This document shows, in pieces, positions 50,530-62,115 of a DNA stretch of 64,000 nucleotides. The notes beneath the pieces were generated by a model. The model was not told the DNA's origin. It did not search any database and saw nothing but the letters and a program-made list of their open reading frames with translations. How positions within the stretch are numbered: the first letter of the stretch is position 1; every line of letters begins with the position of its first letter. Made by a program: the position numbers and the translations under genes. The DNA comes from Mobula hypostoma (Eukaryota): the NCBI RefSeq assembly GCF_963921235.1, contig NC_086103.1:128960001-129024000 (forward strand). The letters run 5' to 3'.

Positions 50530-51757
50530 TTACGCCGCATCTGCTCTCAGGATGAGGCTTTTCATTCTAGGACGAGGGAGATGTCTTCATTTTTTAAAGA
50601 AAGGGGCTTCCCTTCCCCCACTATCAACTCTGCTCTTAAACGCATCTCCCCCATTTCACGTACATCTGCTCTCACTCCATCCTCCCACCACCCCACTAGG
50701 AATAGGGTTCCCCTGGTCCTCACCTACCACCCCACCAGCCTCCGGGTCCAACATATTATTCTCCGTAACTTCCGCCACCTCCAACGGGATCCCACCACTA
50801 AGCACATCTTTCCCTCCCCCCCTCTCTCTGCATTCCGCAGGGATCGCTCCCTACACAACTCCCTTGTCCATTCGTCCCCCCCATCCCTCCCCACTGATCT
50901 CCCTCCTGGCACTTATCCGTGTAAGCGGAACAAGTGCTACACATGCCCTTACACTTCCTCCCTTACCACCATTCAGGGCCCCAAACAGTCCTTCCAGGTG
51001 AGGCAACACTTCACCTGTGAGTCGGCTGGGGTGATATACTGCGTCCGGTGCTCCCGATGTGGCCTTTTATATATTGGCGAGACCCGACGCAGACTGGGAG
51101 ACCGCTTTGCTGAACATCTACGCTCTGTCCGCCAGAGAAAGCAGGATCTCCCAGTGGCCACACATTTTAATTCCACGTCCCATTCCCATTCTGACATGTC
51201 TATCCACGGCCTCCTCTACTGTAAAGATGAAGCCACACTCAGGTTGGAGGAACAACACCTTATATTCCCTCTGGGTAGCCTCCAACCTGATGGCATGAAC
51301 ATTGACTTCTCTAACTTCCGCTAAGGCCCCACCTCCCCCTCGTACCCCATCTGTTACTTATTTTTATGCACACATACTTTCTCTCACTCTCCTTTTTCTC
51401 CCTCTGTCCCTCTGAATATACCCCTTGCCCATCCTCTGGGTCCCCCCCCCCCCGTCTTTCTTCCCGGACCTCCTGTCCCATGATCCTCTCATATCCCCTT
51501 TGCCTATCACCTGTCCAGCTCTTGGCTCCATCCCTCCCCCTCCTGTCTTCTCCTATCATTTTGGATCTCCCCCTCCCCCTCCAACTTTCAAATCCCTTAC
51601 TCACTCTTCCTTCAGTTAGTCCTGACGAAGGGTCTCGGCCTGAAACGTCGACTGCACCTCTTCCTAGAGATGCTGCCTGGCCTGCTGCGTTCACCAGCAA
51701 CTTTGATGTGTGTTGCTTGAATTTCCAGCATCTGCAGAATTCCTGTTGTTTGCGTTA
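50530..51757 (+). mobile_element. Young 5'-truncated PLE with an uninterrupted GIY-YIG-encoding segment
   Basis: ORF 50581..51324. 11-bp TSD aaattaccagt at 50519-50529 and 51758-51768. Confidence 0.93.
51618..51653 (+). ncRNA. Minimal type-I hammerhead ribozyme motif
   Basis: AGUC-CUGACGA-AGG GUCUCGG CCU-GAAA-CGUC/GACU; predicted cleavage after 51649. Confidence 0.8.
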
Positions 51758-51904
51758 AAATTACCAGTAATGTTTTATTTTTACATGCCATGCCTGTGAA
51801 CAAATTTTATTGTGTTGTTCAATCACGCAGCATAGAACTAGCTTTTGGTATCGGTGCCGGGCATAAGGTACCTTTGTATGCTAATCAGACTTGCAGGCAA
51901 TATC

Positions 51905-52040
51905 AAACACAAACAAGAGAAAATCTGCAGATGCTGGAAATTCAAGCAGCCCCCACAAAATGCTGGAGGAACTCAGCAGGCCAGGCAGCATCTATGGAAA
52001 AATCTACAGTCGACACTTTGGGCCTAGACCCTTCAGCAGT
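51905..52040 (-). mobile_element. Short PLE 3'-terminal fragment with decayed hammerhead
   Basis: aaaatctgcagatgctggaaattcaagc...gctggaggaactcagcaggccaggcagcatctatgg...gtcgacactttgggcctagacccttcagcag. Confidence 0.8.
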
Positions 52041-52059
52041 ATTCAGTAGAGTGCAGAAA

Positions 52060-54060
52060 GTGTAAATAACTTCATCACAGCATTGTATGCCCTGTCAGGC
52101 AACTGTGCACATAGAAATCAGAGAGATGCGCTCATTAGAGGCAGGATTGTTGTTAGGCTACTAGACACCAAACTTTCAGAGTGACTTCAGTTGCAGGCAA
52201 ATCTCACACTAGAGAAAGCTATTATTATAGGCAGACAGCATGAGAACGTTTGTCAGCAACACGCAGAACGCAGGCACAAAGCTGTACAAAGAGAAGAGTA
52301 CAAACAAGTGTAGTCAAAAAGACTACAGTAAAAGGTGACAGTAGAGCTCAGCTCAAACAAAACAGACAAGCAAAGAGCAGGTAAAATGCCTAACTGCAGG
52401 AGAAGCAGCAATTCTCCATTCCATGTCAAAGAGCTCTGTCCAGCAAAAAAAGATGAAATGCCACCAAAGCAATAGAGTTGGCCATTATAGAAACATCACT
52501 CAAAAACAGTTCTTCAGGAAGTCAAAGAAAACCATGATTCAGATGAAGAGAAAGATTTGCTTGGGACTCTAGACTCAAATAGACAAGGCTGGTGTTGCTA
52601 TGGTTCAGTTGCTAAGTGAGGGAGTGACATTCAAAATGGACACTGGGGCAGATGTCACAGATATCGTCGAATGTCTGTTCACAAAACTGTTGAAGAAAAC
52701 AAGCATTGCACTAAACCCAACAAAGAAAGTGCTCACGGGGCCAGGGAAGCATAAGCTCAGTGTGAAAAGGATGTTTACTACTTCCACCCATAAAAATGAG
52801 AAACAGTTGAAAGAAGATGCCAATGTTGTTCAGAATCTTTTCTCACCACTACTGGGACGACATGCCATTGAGAAGCTGAACCTTGTTGCAAGACTGGATT
52901 TGCTAAATGATGTTCAGTGGCAGAAGAAGTACCTGGAGTTGTTCACAGGCCTGGGGGTATGGAAAGAAGAGTATCCTATCCAACTGAGGCCATTCTCTCT
53001 GACCACAGTGAGGTGTCTACCCATCCCATTAATGAACAAAGTCAAAGCTGAACTTGAGAGAATGGAGGTGCTTGACATCTAGCATGAGTGGACTACTCAC
53101 TGGGTACACGGGCATTATTCCTGACCCCTACCTAGATGGCACAGTGAGGATCTGTGTTGATCTAACAAAATTTAATAATGCAGTGAGGTGGGGGAAGTTT
53201 ATCCTGCCTTCTGTTGAGCACCCATTTGGGTATAATTGGTGGAGCAAAGTTCTTCACCATACTAGATGCAAACTCAGGAATCTGTTTACCTCCTGAGTCA
53301 CAGAAGCTCACAAACTTTATCACACCATATTGACACTATGCCTTCAAGAGACTCCCTTTTGGCATCTTATCAATCCCTGAACTCTTTTAGATCAGGATGA
53401 ACCAGATTTTGGAAGACTGGAAGGAGTAGTCTGCCACATGGACAATATATTGAACGTCAGAGGCTCAAGTAAGAAACATGACAAAAGAGTAGAATCCGTC
53501 TTAGAAAAACTGAAACAAGCTAGAATCACCCTAAATAAAAAGAAATGCAAATTTGTAAAGTTGGTGTTGAAGTTCTTAGGCCACTAACTGCCCTCAGGGG
53601 GAATGCAACCAAATTCAGATAAACTGGCAGGAGTTTGGCACATGGAACAATCTATGAATGTATCAGAGATCTGCAGTTTCTTTAGCATGCTAAACAGCTG
53701 GGAAAGTTCATTCCAGATTTGGCGGAGAAAACAAAATCAATATGAGACCTCCTGTCTCAGAAAACGTTTGGACCTGAGATGCACCACAGAAGTAATTCTC
53801 ATCACTTAAAGTAGAGCTTATCTCTCTGCCAACATTGGCCTTCTGTGATTTGAACAAATCAACCAAGGTCTCAGCAGATGCCTCTTCTTTTGGCCTAGGG
53901 GGTGTACCCATGTGAAACCGAAGTGCTGTATAGAAACAGGTAGCAAGTGCATCAGGAGCACCGAGTCCTAAAGAACAGAGTTGTCCCCAAATCAAATAGG
54001 AGACGCCGGCTCTCGTGTGGGTTTTCGAACACTTCAGCTGCTACTTGATACAGAGATTGC
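52060..54060 (+). mobile_element. Degenerate Gypsy/Ty3 gag-pol relic; no LTRs seen
   Basis: Protease FKMDTGADVT; RT VRICVDLTKFN, FKRLPFGI, CHMDNIL; RNase H VSADASSFGLG. Order is PR-RT-RH. Confidence 0.85.
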
Positions 54061-54831
54061 ACACTGTTCCAAGAAATGCAAGGTTAGTGATTATAGCTTT
54101 CCACATATTGACTGAGATTCCCATACTTTAAAAGGACTAGATGGCATTGAGTTTGTCAAATGTGTTCTTGAAGGTTCCTTAATCAGCACATAGCAATCCT
54201 AATGGGAGAGTGTGCAATACTTGAGGTCGTTTTAAGGAGACAGTGCAGGTGACAGAAATATGTGTAGGAACACTTTGAAACTAGTGATCATAATGCCATG
54301 AGTTTCAAGGTAATTATGGAAAAGATAGGCTTGGTCCTCAGGTTGAGATTCTAAATTGGAGAAAGGCCAATTTTGGTGGAATCAGAAAGGATCTGGCAAG
54401 TGTCAATTGAGACGAGCTGTTTTCTGCCAAGGTTATACAGTACTTGGAAAGTGGGAGGCCTTCAGAAACAAAATTTTGAGAATCCAAAGCTTGTATGTGC
54501 CTGTCAAAATATAAGGCAAAGACAATAGGCTTGGGAAACCTTTCTTTTTTGGGAGAAGTTAAAGTCATGAAGGAAAAAAGGAGGTGCATAACAGGTATAG
54601 GCAGGTAGGAACAAATGAGGTACTTGAGGAGTATAAAAAATGCACATAAACACTTAAGAAACCAGGAGGGCTAGAAGACGGTATGAGGTTCTTCTAGCAG
54701 ACAAGATCAAAGAGAATACTAAGGGTATCTACAAAAACAACAGGAATTCTGCAAAGCTGGAAATTCAAGCAACACACATTAAAGTTGCTGGTGAACACAG
54801 CAGGCCAGGCAGCATCTCCAGGAAGAGGTAC

Positions 54832-54867
54832 AGTCGACGTTTCAGGCCGAGACCCTTCATCAGGACT
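54832..54867 (-). ncRNA. Minimal type-I hammerhead ribozyme motif (CUGAUGA variant)
   Basis: Minus strand reads AGUC-CUGAUGA-AGG GUCUCGG CCU-GAAA-CGUC/GACU. Confidence 0.8.
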
Positions 54868-56084
54868 AACTGAAGGAAGAGTTAGTAAGAGATTTGAAAG
54901 TGGGAGGGGGAGGGGGAGATCCAAAATGATAGAAGACAGGAGGGGGAGGGATGGAGCCAAGAGCTGGACAGGTGATTGGCAAAGGGGATATGAGAGGATC
55001 ATGGGACAGGAGGCCCAGGGAGAAAGACGGGGGGGGGGGGGAACCAGAGGATGGGCAAAGGAAATATAGTCAGAGGGACAGAGGGAGAAAAAGGAGAGTG
55101 AGAGAAAGAATGTGTGTATAAAAATAAATAACGGATGGGGTATGAGGGGGAGGTGGGGCATTAGCGGAAGTTAGAGAAGTCGATATTCATGCCATCAGGT
55201 TGGAGGCTACCCAGACGGAATATAAGGTGTTGTTCCTCCAACCTGAGTGTGGCTTCATCTTTACAGTAGAGGAGGCCGTGGATAGACATGTCAGAATGGG
55301 AATGGGATGTGGAATTAAAATGTGTGGCCACTGGGAGATCCTGCTTTCTCCGGCAGACAGAGCGTAGGTGTTCAGAAAGGCGATCTCCCAGTCTGCGTCG
55401 GGTCTCGCCAATATATAGAAGGCCACATCGGGAGCACCGGACACAGTATACCACCCCAGCCGACTCACAAGTGAAGTGTCGCCTCACCTGGAAGGACTGT
55501 CTGGGGCCCTGAATGGTGGTAAGGGAGGAAGTGTAAGGGCATGTGTAGCACTTGTTCCGCTTACAAGGGTAAGTGCCAGGAGGGAGATGAGTGGGGAGGG
55601 ATGGGGGGGACGAATGGACGAGGGAGTCGCGTAGGGAGCGATCCCTGCCGAAAGCAGAGGGGGGGGGAGGGAAAGATGTGCTTAGTGGTGGGATCCCTTG
55701 TCTTTACAGTATTGGAGGAACAACACCTTATATTCCGTCTGGGTAGCCTCCAACCTGATGGCATGAACATCGACTTCTCTAACTTCCGCTAATGCCCCAC
55801 CTCCCCTTCGTACCCCATCCGTTATTTATTTTTATACACACATTTTCTCTCTCACTCTCCTTTTTCTCCCTCTGTCCCTCCGACTATACCCCTTGCCCAT
55901 CCTCTGGGTCCCACCCCCCCGTCTTTCTCTCTGGACCTCTTGTCCCATGATCCTCTCATATCCCCTTTGCCAATCACCTGTCCAGCTCTTGGCTCCATCC
56001 CTCCCCCTCCTGTCTTCTCCTATCATTTTGGATCTCCCCCTCCCCCTCTCACTTTCAAATCTCTTACTAACTCTTCCTTCAGTT

Positions 56085-56120
56085 AGTCCTGACGAAGGGT
56101 CTTGGCCTGAAACGTCGACT
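56085..56120 (+). ncRNA. Minimal type-I hammerhead ribozyme motif
   Basis: AGUC-CUGACGA-AGG GUCUUGG CCU-GAAA-CGUC/GACU. Confidence 0.8.
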
Positions 56121-56322
56121 GTACCTCTTCCTAGAGATGCTGCCTGGCCTGCTGAGAAGGGTATCTACAGATATGTTTAGAGCAAAAGGATTCCGTGGGA
56201 CAAAATTGGTCCTCTGAGTGATCAGAATGGTAAGCTATGCGTGGAGCCAAAAGAGATGGGGGAGATCCTGAATGAATTTTTTGCATCTGTATTTACTCAG
56301 GAGATGGACATAGAGTCTATAG

Positions 56323-57279
56323 CAGCGGTCCCCAACCACTGGGCCACAAAGCATGTGCTACCGGGCCGCGAGGAAACAATATAATTTGGCGATATGAGTC
56401 AGCTACACTTTTCCTCATTCCCTCTCACGCACTGTTGAACTTGAACGCACGCATCACCCATGTCAGCGTGGGCAGAAGATCAAGTTCTCGAGCTTGCAAC
56501 TGACAGCGGACTGAAAGGTATGTTTGACATAACATCTCTGCCGGCATTCTGGATCAAAGTCAAGGCTAAATATCCTGAGATAGCCACGAAAGCACTGAAA
56601 ACATTATTTCCAACATGTCTGCGAAGTGGGCTTTTCTGCAATGAATGCAACGAAAACTAAATTGCGGAATAGACTGGACATAAGGAACCCCCTTTGAGTA
56701 TCGCTGTCTCCTATCACCGCTCGATGGGACCGTCTTGTTGCAGGAAAACAAGCCCAGGGCTCCCACTGATTCAGCGATATTGGTGTGTTGCAATGATTTT
56801 ATACGTTCATACGAGGAAAATATGTGCTGTGTGTTTAATATCCAAACGTTACTTAAAATGTTATGATGCTATTGACTTATAAGTGACTTATAATTGACTT
56901 ACCACTATATTCATGCGCTGTGTTACATAAAACCTAAAATAACACTAACATATAGTAAAAGCAGGAATGATATGATAAATACACAGCCATATAAAGTAGA
57001 AATAATGTACGTACAGTGTAGATTCACTGAACAGAATCACCAAAAACCATCTGTAGAAAAAAAAATCGGCACGTACACGCATGCGCACATAGGTGCCCAC
57101 GCAAGGCTTCACGGTCATGGTAGTCTTTCTTGGGGTAAACACAACGTATTTGACTGCTACTCTTCTCCGTTGGCAACTCTCCCCTCCCTCCACACCCCTC
57201 CCCCACCCGGTCGGCCGGTCCACAAGAATATTGTCAATATTAAACCAGTCCGCGGTGCGAGAAAGGTTGGGGACCCCTG
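56323..57279 (+). mobile_element. Non-autonomous hAT (Charlie-group) transposon
   Basis: 8-bp TSD gtctatag (56315-56322, 57280-57287). TIR cag(c/g)ggtccccaacc. hAT dimerisation-domain remnant FWIKVKAKYPEIATKALK...TKLRNRLDI...QAQGSH. Confidence 0.92.
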
Positions 57280-57535
57280 GTCTATAGAAGTGAGGCAATG
57301 CAGCAGCCAGTACATGGACCATATACAGATTACAGAGGAGGTTTACAGTCTTAAGGCAAATCAGGGTGGACAAATCCCCAGAACCTGACAAAGTGTTCCC
57401 TCCTAACCTGTGGGAGGTAAGAGCAGAAATTGTCGGGGCCTTAGCAGAGGTATTTAAATCACCTTTAGTGACAGGTGAGGTACTGGAGGATTGGAGAATA
57501 GCTAATCTTGGTGTGCTGTTTGAAAAAGACTCTAA

Positions 57536-58026
57536 AGGCTGATTTATACTTCTGCGTCAACTCGACGCCGTAGGTACGGCGTCGCTGCAAACCCTACGCA
57601 GAGCCTACGCGGATCCCTATGCCATAGCCTGACGTGCACCTCTCCCAAAATATAACTACGCGTTGCGGCAACGCAGAACAACTGTGATTGGTCCGCCTGG
57701 GAGCATCGTATTTCCTCCTACACTGCAATAGCTTCCCATTGGGCGACTGAAGGGCAGGGAGGGAACTCTGGCTGCAATGCTTTCCATAAAGCTTTACAGA
57801 CCTCCAAAATTATGGAGGACACATTTCACTTTTACGAAAAAAGACACTCACTTTAAACTTGTTTACCCCGAGAAAGCCTTGCGCGGGCAGGTGTGTGCGC
57901 ATGTGCATCATGCCTGAATTGCAGAGTGACGCAGACACACCAACGTACAAGTATAATGCTTACAACACGCGTAGGCCACTTGTGCAGGTTATGGCGTCGA
58001 GTTGACGCAGAAGTATAGATCAGCCT
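57536..58026. mobile_element. MITE with 3-bp TAA TSD (PIF/Harbinger-type)
   Basis: About 34-bp TIRs aggctgatttatacttctgcgtcaactcgacgcc / ggcgtcgagttgacgcagaagtatagatcagcct, with TAA on both sides. Confidence 0.88.
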
Positions 58027-58844
58027 TAAGGATAAACCAGGAAATTTTAGGCTGGTGAACCTGACATCAGTAGTGGGAAAGTTATTGGAAGGCATTCTAA
58101 AAGACTGGATATGTGAGTATTTGGAGAGACAGGAATCGATTAGGGATAGTCAGCAGGCTTTGTGCATGGTAGGTCATGTCCAACCAATGTTATAGAGTTT
58201 TTCAACGATGTTACCAGGAAAGTTGATGAAGACAAGACAGTGGATATTTTCTACATGGACTTCAGCAAGGCCTTTGATATACCGCCAAACAAAACAATGT
58301 TCCTTTGGACTAAGGTGCACAATACAGTGCATATAACTCACATACATCAAGTAATATTACCACAAATAAATTAACAAGTAATAATGTAGATTTACAGGTG
58401 AAAAAGGAAACAGTATAATGCAACTAGTGAAACTCATTCATGAGGAAACCTGGGTGGTGGGAGCGAGTTCAGTCGTCTTACAGCCTGGGGGAAGAAGCTG
58501 TTCTTGTCCATCCGAACAGTTCTTGTCCTAAAGCTACGGTACCTTCAACTTGTTCTTGCTCCTGAACCAGCATGGATAGCTTCACTCAACTTAACACTGA
58601 ACTGTTTCCGCAACCCATGGACTCACTTTCATATTCTCAGTATTAATGAGTTACTTACTTATTTTTAAAAAATATTTGTATAGTTGTCTTTTGCACATTG
58701 TTTGTTTTGCCAGTATTTGTGTGTAGTTTTTCATTGATTCTATTGCATTTCTTTGCTCTACTATGAATGCCTGCAAGAAAATTATTCTCAAGTCAGTACA
58801 TGGTGGCATATACATACTTCGATAATAAATTTATTTTGAACTTT

Positions 58845-59650
58845 GCTCCATCTTCTCCTTGTTGACAATCAACACAGCTACACCTCAGGGACGCATACTT
58901 AGGCTCGTGCTCTTTTCTCTCTACAAACATGACTGCATAGCTAAGCATAACTCAAGCACCATCTATAAATTCAGATGACATCACTGTTGTTGGTAAAATC
59001 TCAGGTAGCAGTGAGAAGTTGTACAAGAATGCGAAAGGCTGGTTGAGCGGTGTTGCAACAACAACTTTGTATTCAATGTCAGAAAAACCAAGGAATTGAT
59101 TGTAGACTTCAGCAAGAGGAATTTGGGAGAACACACATCACTCTTTATTGATTGATCAGCAGTGGAAAGGGTGAGCATTTTAAGATCCTGGTTGTCGATA
59201 TCTCGGAAGATATGTCCTTGGCCCAACACATTGAAACAATCATGAAGAAGGCATGCCAACAGCTCTACTTCATTAGGAATTTGAAGAGATTTGGCATTTC
59301 ATCAAAGACCCTCGCAATTTTCTATAGAGGTATGGTGGAGACCATTCCGACTGGTTGCACCATAGCTTTATATGGAGTTTCCAATGACAAGGATTGCAAC
59401 AGCCTGCAAAGAATTATAAACTCAGCCAGCTTCATCAGGAGCACAGACCTCTCACCATTGAGGGCATCTTCAAAAGGCAATGCCTCAATGAGGTGGCATC
59501 CAACACCATCTGGGATATTTCCTTTTCTCATTACTAGTCAGAGAGGAGGTACTAACTATGAACTCACACCCTCAACAATTCAGGAATAGCTTCTCCCCCA
59601 TGTCATCAGGTGTCTGAATGGTCCATGAAAACTACCTCATTATTCTTTTA
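58845..59650 (+). mobile_element. Degenerate Rex1-like LINE fragment
   Basis: DMSLAQHIETIMKKACQQLYFIRNLKRFG...FYRGMVETIPTGC. Confidence 0.75.
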
Positions 59651-60394
59651 TTTTTTACGTTTTCCCACTGCCATCAGGTTCATGAACCAACTCGCAAAAC
59701 CTTAACACAACCTTGAACTATATACACTTTTCTTTAGTCTTAATCTTGGGTAAGTGTTATGTTTACTTTGCAAATGTGTAAGTTATGTATAACTTATGTT
59801 AAATTAATTTTAATTAATGTCTGTCCTCATCTTGCTGCCTCAAAAGCAAATTTTCATAGAATTTATATCCTGTGGAAATTTGTGTCTCACAATGAATTTA
59901 AATTAACAGCTAATACTTTGATTTTAACCTTTTGAGAGGATAAATAATCTCCAAACTAAAATGAAATTTAAGCAGTGAGTAAGTCTTACTGGTAATTCTT
60001 GACTCGAGAAGTTCTGTTAGCAATAATGGCTGGGAAACTTAAGACAAAACTTGCTTATCACTGAGAAAAAAACAATTAAAAACAAATAAAAGTGTCAAAA
60101 GACTTTCAGGTGATGGAATCTGTAGCAAAAAAAAGGTGCTGGATGAACACGGCTTGTCAAACAGTATCTGTGAAGGCAAAACAATGGTGGACGTTTCGAT
60201 CGAGGTCTTACATCAAGATTGTTTTTGTTCCTGAAAATAAATATATATTTCCTACCTCACAGTTTGACTATATTATTTTGTATTACTAAGATATTAGTCT
60301 GTATTTTAAGTAAATTAGCATTCAATATAATAACGAGAACAATATCCCAATCTGTGTAATATCATAATCTAACCTCAATTTCGCCTCATTCACA

Positions 60395-60582
60395 ACGCTC
60401 ACCTCTTTCTACTTCCGCTCGAATTGTTGACCCTTGAACCTACAGGTGGAGGTTGCTAAACGAGCCAATCAGAACTCGGAGTCTGATGTGCGTCAACGAG
60501 TGCCGCGCATGTGCAGACCCGCGCACCTTACCATATGTCTGAAAGAGATTTTAAAAAGTGACAGAAGAAAACTGCGAAGAAG
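60395..60582 (+). promoter_or_regulatory. EIF5B promoter and 5'UTR (CpG-rich)
   Basis: ETS acttccgc (60411), gccaatca CCAAT box (~60464), NRF1-like gcgcatgtgc (~60505), all directly upstream of the EIF5B ATG. Confidence 0.75.
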
Positions 60583-60617
60583 ATGGGAAAGAAACAGAAA
60601 AACAAGAGCGAGGACAA
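60583..60617 (+). CDS. EIF5B: EIF5B coding exon 1 (35 nt): MGKKQKNKSED
   Basis: Matches the vertebrate eIF5B N-terminus MGKKQKNKSED. aagATGG Kozak, AA|GTGAGT donor, expected position head-to-head with TXNDC9. Confidence 0.92.
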
Positions 60618-61487
60618 GTGAGTGTTTAGGCGCCAACAGCCTTGTTGATTCGAGTAGAAAAGGCAGGCTGTCTGAAGAACGTAGGCTTGGAAAGAAAGCT
60701 GACCTGACCGTCTAGGCCACTGCCTGGGTGCTCGGTACTCGAGAACGGACGAGCGAGTCCCTGTTCTTCACTCCAAAGTGACGCAGGCGCTGCAGACAGG
60801 CTGACCGGCATCTTTCCGATTCTAGTTACCGTTCTGTCATTCTGTGGAAATGCCAGAGTTAGAGACCCGTTTCTTACCCCTTTCCCTCTCACCATCTTAA
60901 TAGCCCTGACGATTTTTTAATCGATACTTAGTTTCCATTGACGACATCTATGCAGCATATTGATAATTCTAGAGGTGGGCGTAATATAGTTATTTTACTC
61001 CTTTTCCACCCCTGCCCCATGCCAGGGATCATAAATCATACTATTAAATATTGCCTTTGTGTTTTCTTTGATGCCAACGTTTGAGGTGAAAATTCCAGTG
61101 AACTAGCAGTCACAGAATTGAGTTCAGTAAGTAATTCCCCTATTAATTTTATCAGCCATGATTTGTAAATTCTAACCTGAAACTAAACCTTTAGTTAATG
61201 AAAGATTTAATAAGGGACGATTGTATCTGATTACACTGATTTTTTTTTCTGAGGTGCTAACAAGGAGTGCTATTGTAGATGGTGCTTTTGTCAAGGTATT
61301 GGACAAAATTCTTTGAGAAATTTAAAAGGTATGAAGAAAGGTTTCAAAAGAAAATGACACGTTGGATTTAGAAATGCTTATTGGCATAAAACAAAGAACA
61401 ATTGTCAGACTAATCATAAGGAATTTTTTAAACTGGAAAACAGAGTTTCATAGGGCTCATTGCTGCACCCCGCCCCTGTTTTTTTAA

Positions 61488-62115
61488 GTTCTTACTTTAT
61501 TGAAATACAGTGCAGAATAGGCCTTCTGGCCCTTTGAGCTATGCTGTCCAGCAATCCCTTGGATTTTAATTTGAGTAGAACCACGGCACAATTTACAATA
61601 TCAAATTAACCTATCAATCAGTACGTCTTTGAACTGTGGGAAGAAACCTGGAAGAAACTCATGCAGTCACGGGGAGAACATACAAACTCCTTACAGGCTG
61701 AGTTGCTTTCCAACACAGGTCCCCTGTACTGTAAAGCGTTGTGCTTACCACTATACTACCGTGCTGCCTCAAATTTCTTGATTCCCATTTATCCAAAAAA
61801 GCTATTATGTTTTGAATGTACTCAGCCTCCACAGAGAGAACTCCAAAAGTTTGCAACCCTCTGGGTAAATATGTAAATATGTGCTTTTTGCAATTACATT
61901 TTTTTAAATTTGGAGATAGTGTGGTAACAGATCTTTCTGGCCCAACGATCCCATGGCAGCCAGTTACACCCATATGACCTATTAACTTGGAATGTGGGAG
62001 GAAACTGGAGCACCAGGAGGAAAGCCACGCAGCCATGGGGAGAATGTACAAACTCCTTACAGACAGTGAGGGGAATTGAACCCAGGTCACTGGCACTGTA
62101 TAGTGTTTTGCATAA
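61488..62115 (-). mobile_element. Two tandem HE1/V-SINE-like copies (about 61488-61768 and 61905-62115)
   Basis: Reverse complements of the 1674 SINE core (ggggagaacatacaaactccttacag; gtgggaggaaactggagcacc). Confidence 0.75.

Larger units (their letters stand above)
54734..56156 (-). mobile_element. PLE (-, 54734 to about 55700) with an inverted 3' copy (+, 55712-56156)
   Basis: Perfect 13-bp TSD aagggtatctaca at 54721-54733 and 56157-56169. GIY-YIG ORF 55161..55487. Confidence 0.93.
54130..58280 (+). mobile_element. Degenerate CR1 ORF2 relic split by three nested insertions
   Basis: Remnants such as ILNWRKANFG, EILNEFFASVFT, DKSPEPD, EDWRIAN, LTSVVGKLLEGIL and YMDFSKAFD are collinear across the inserts. 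Confidence 0.85.
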
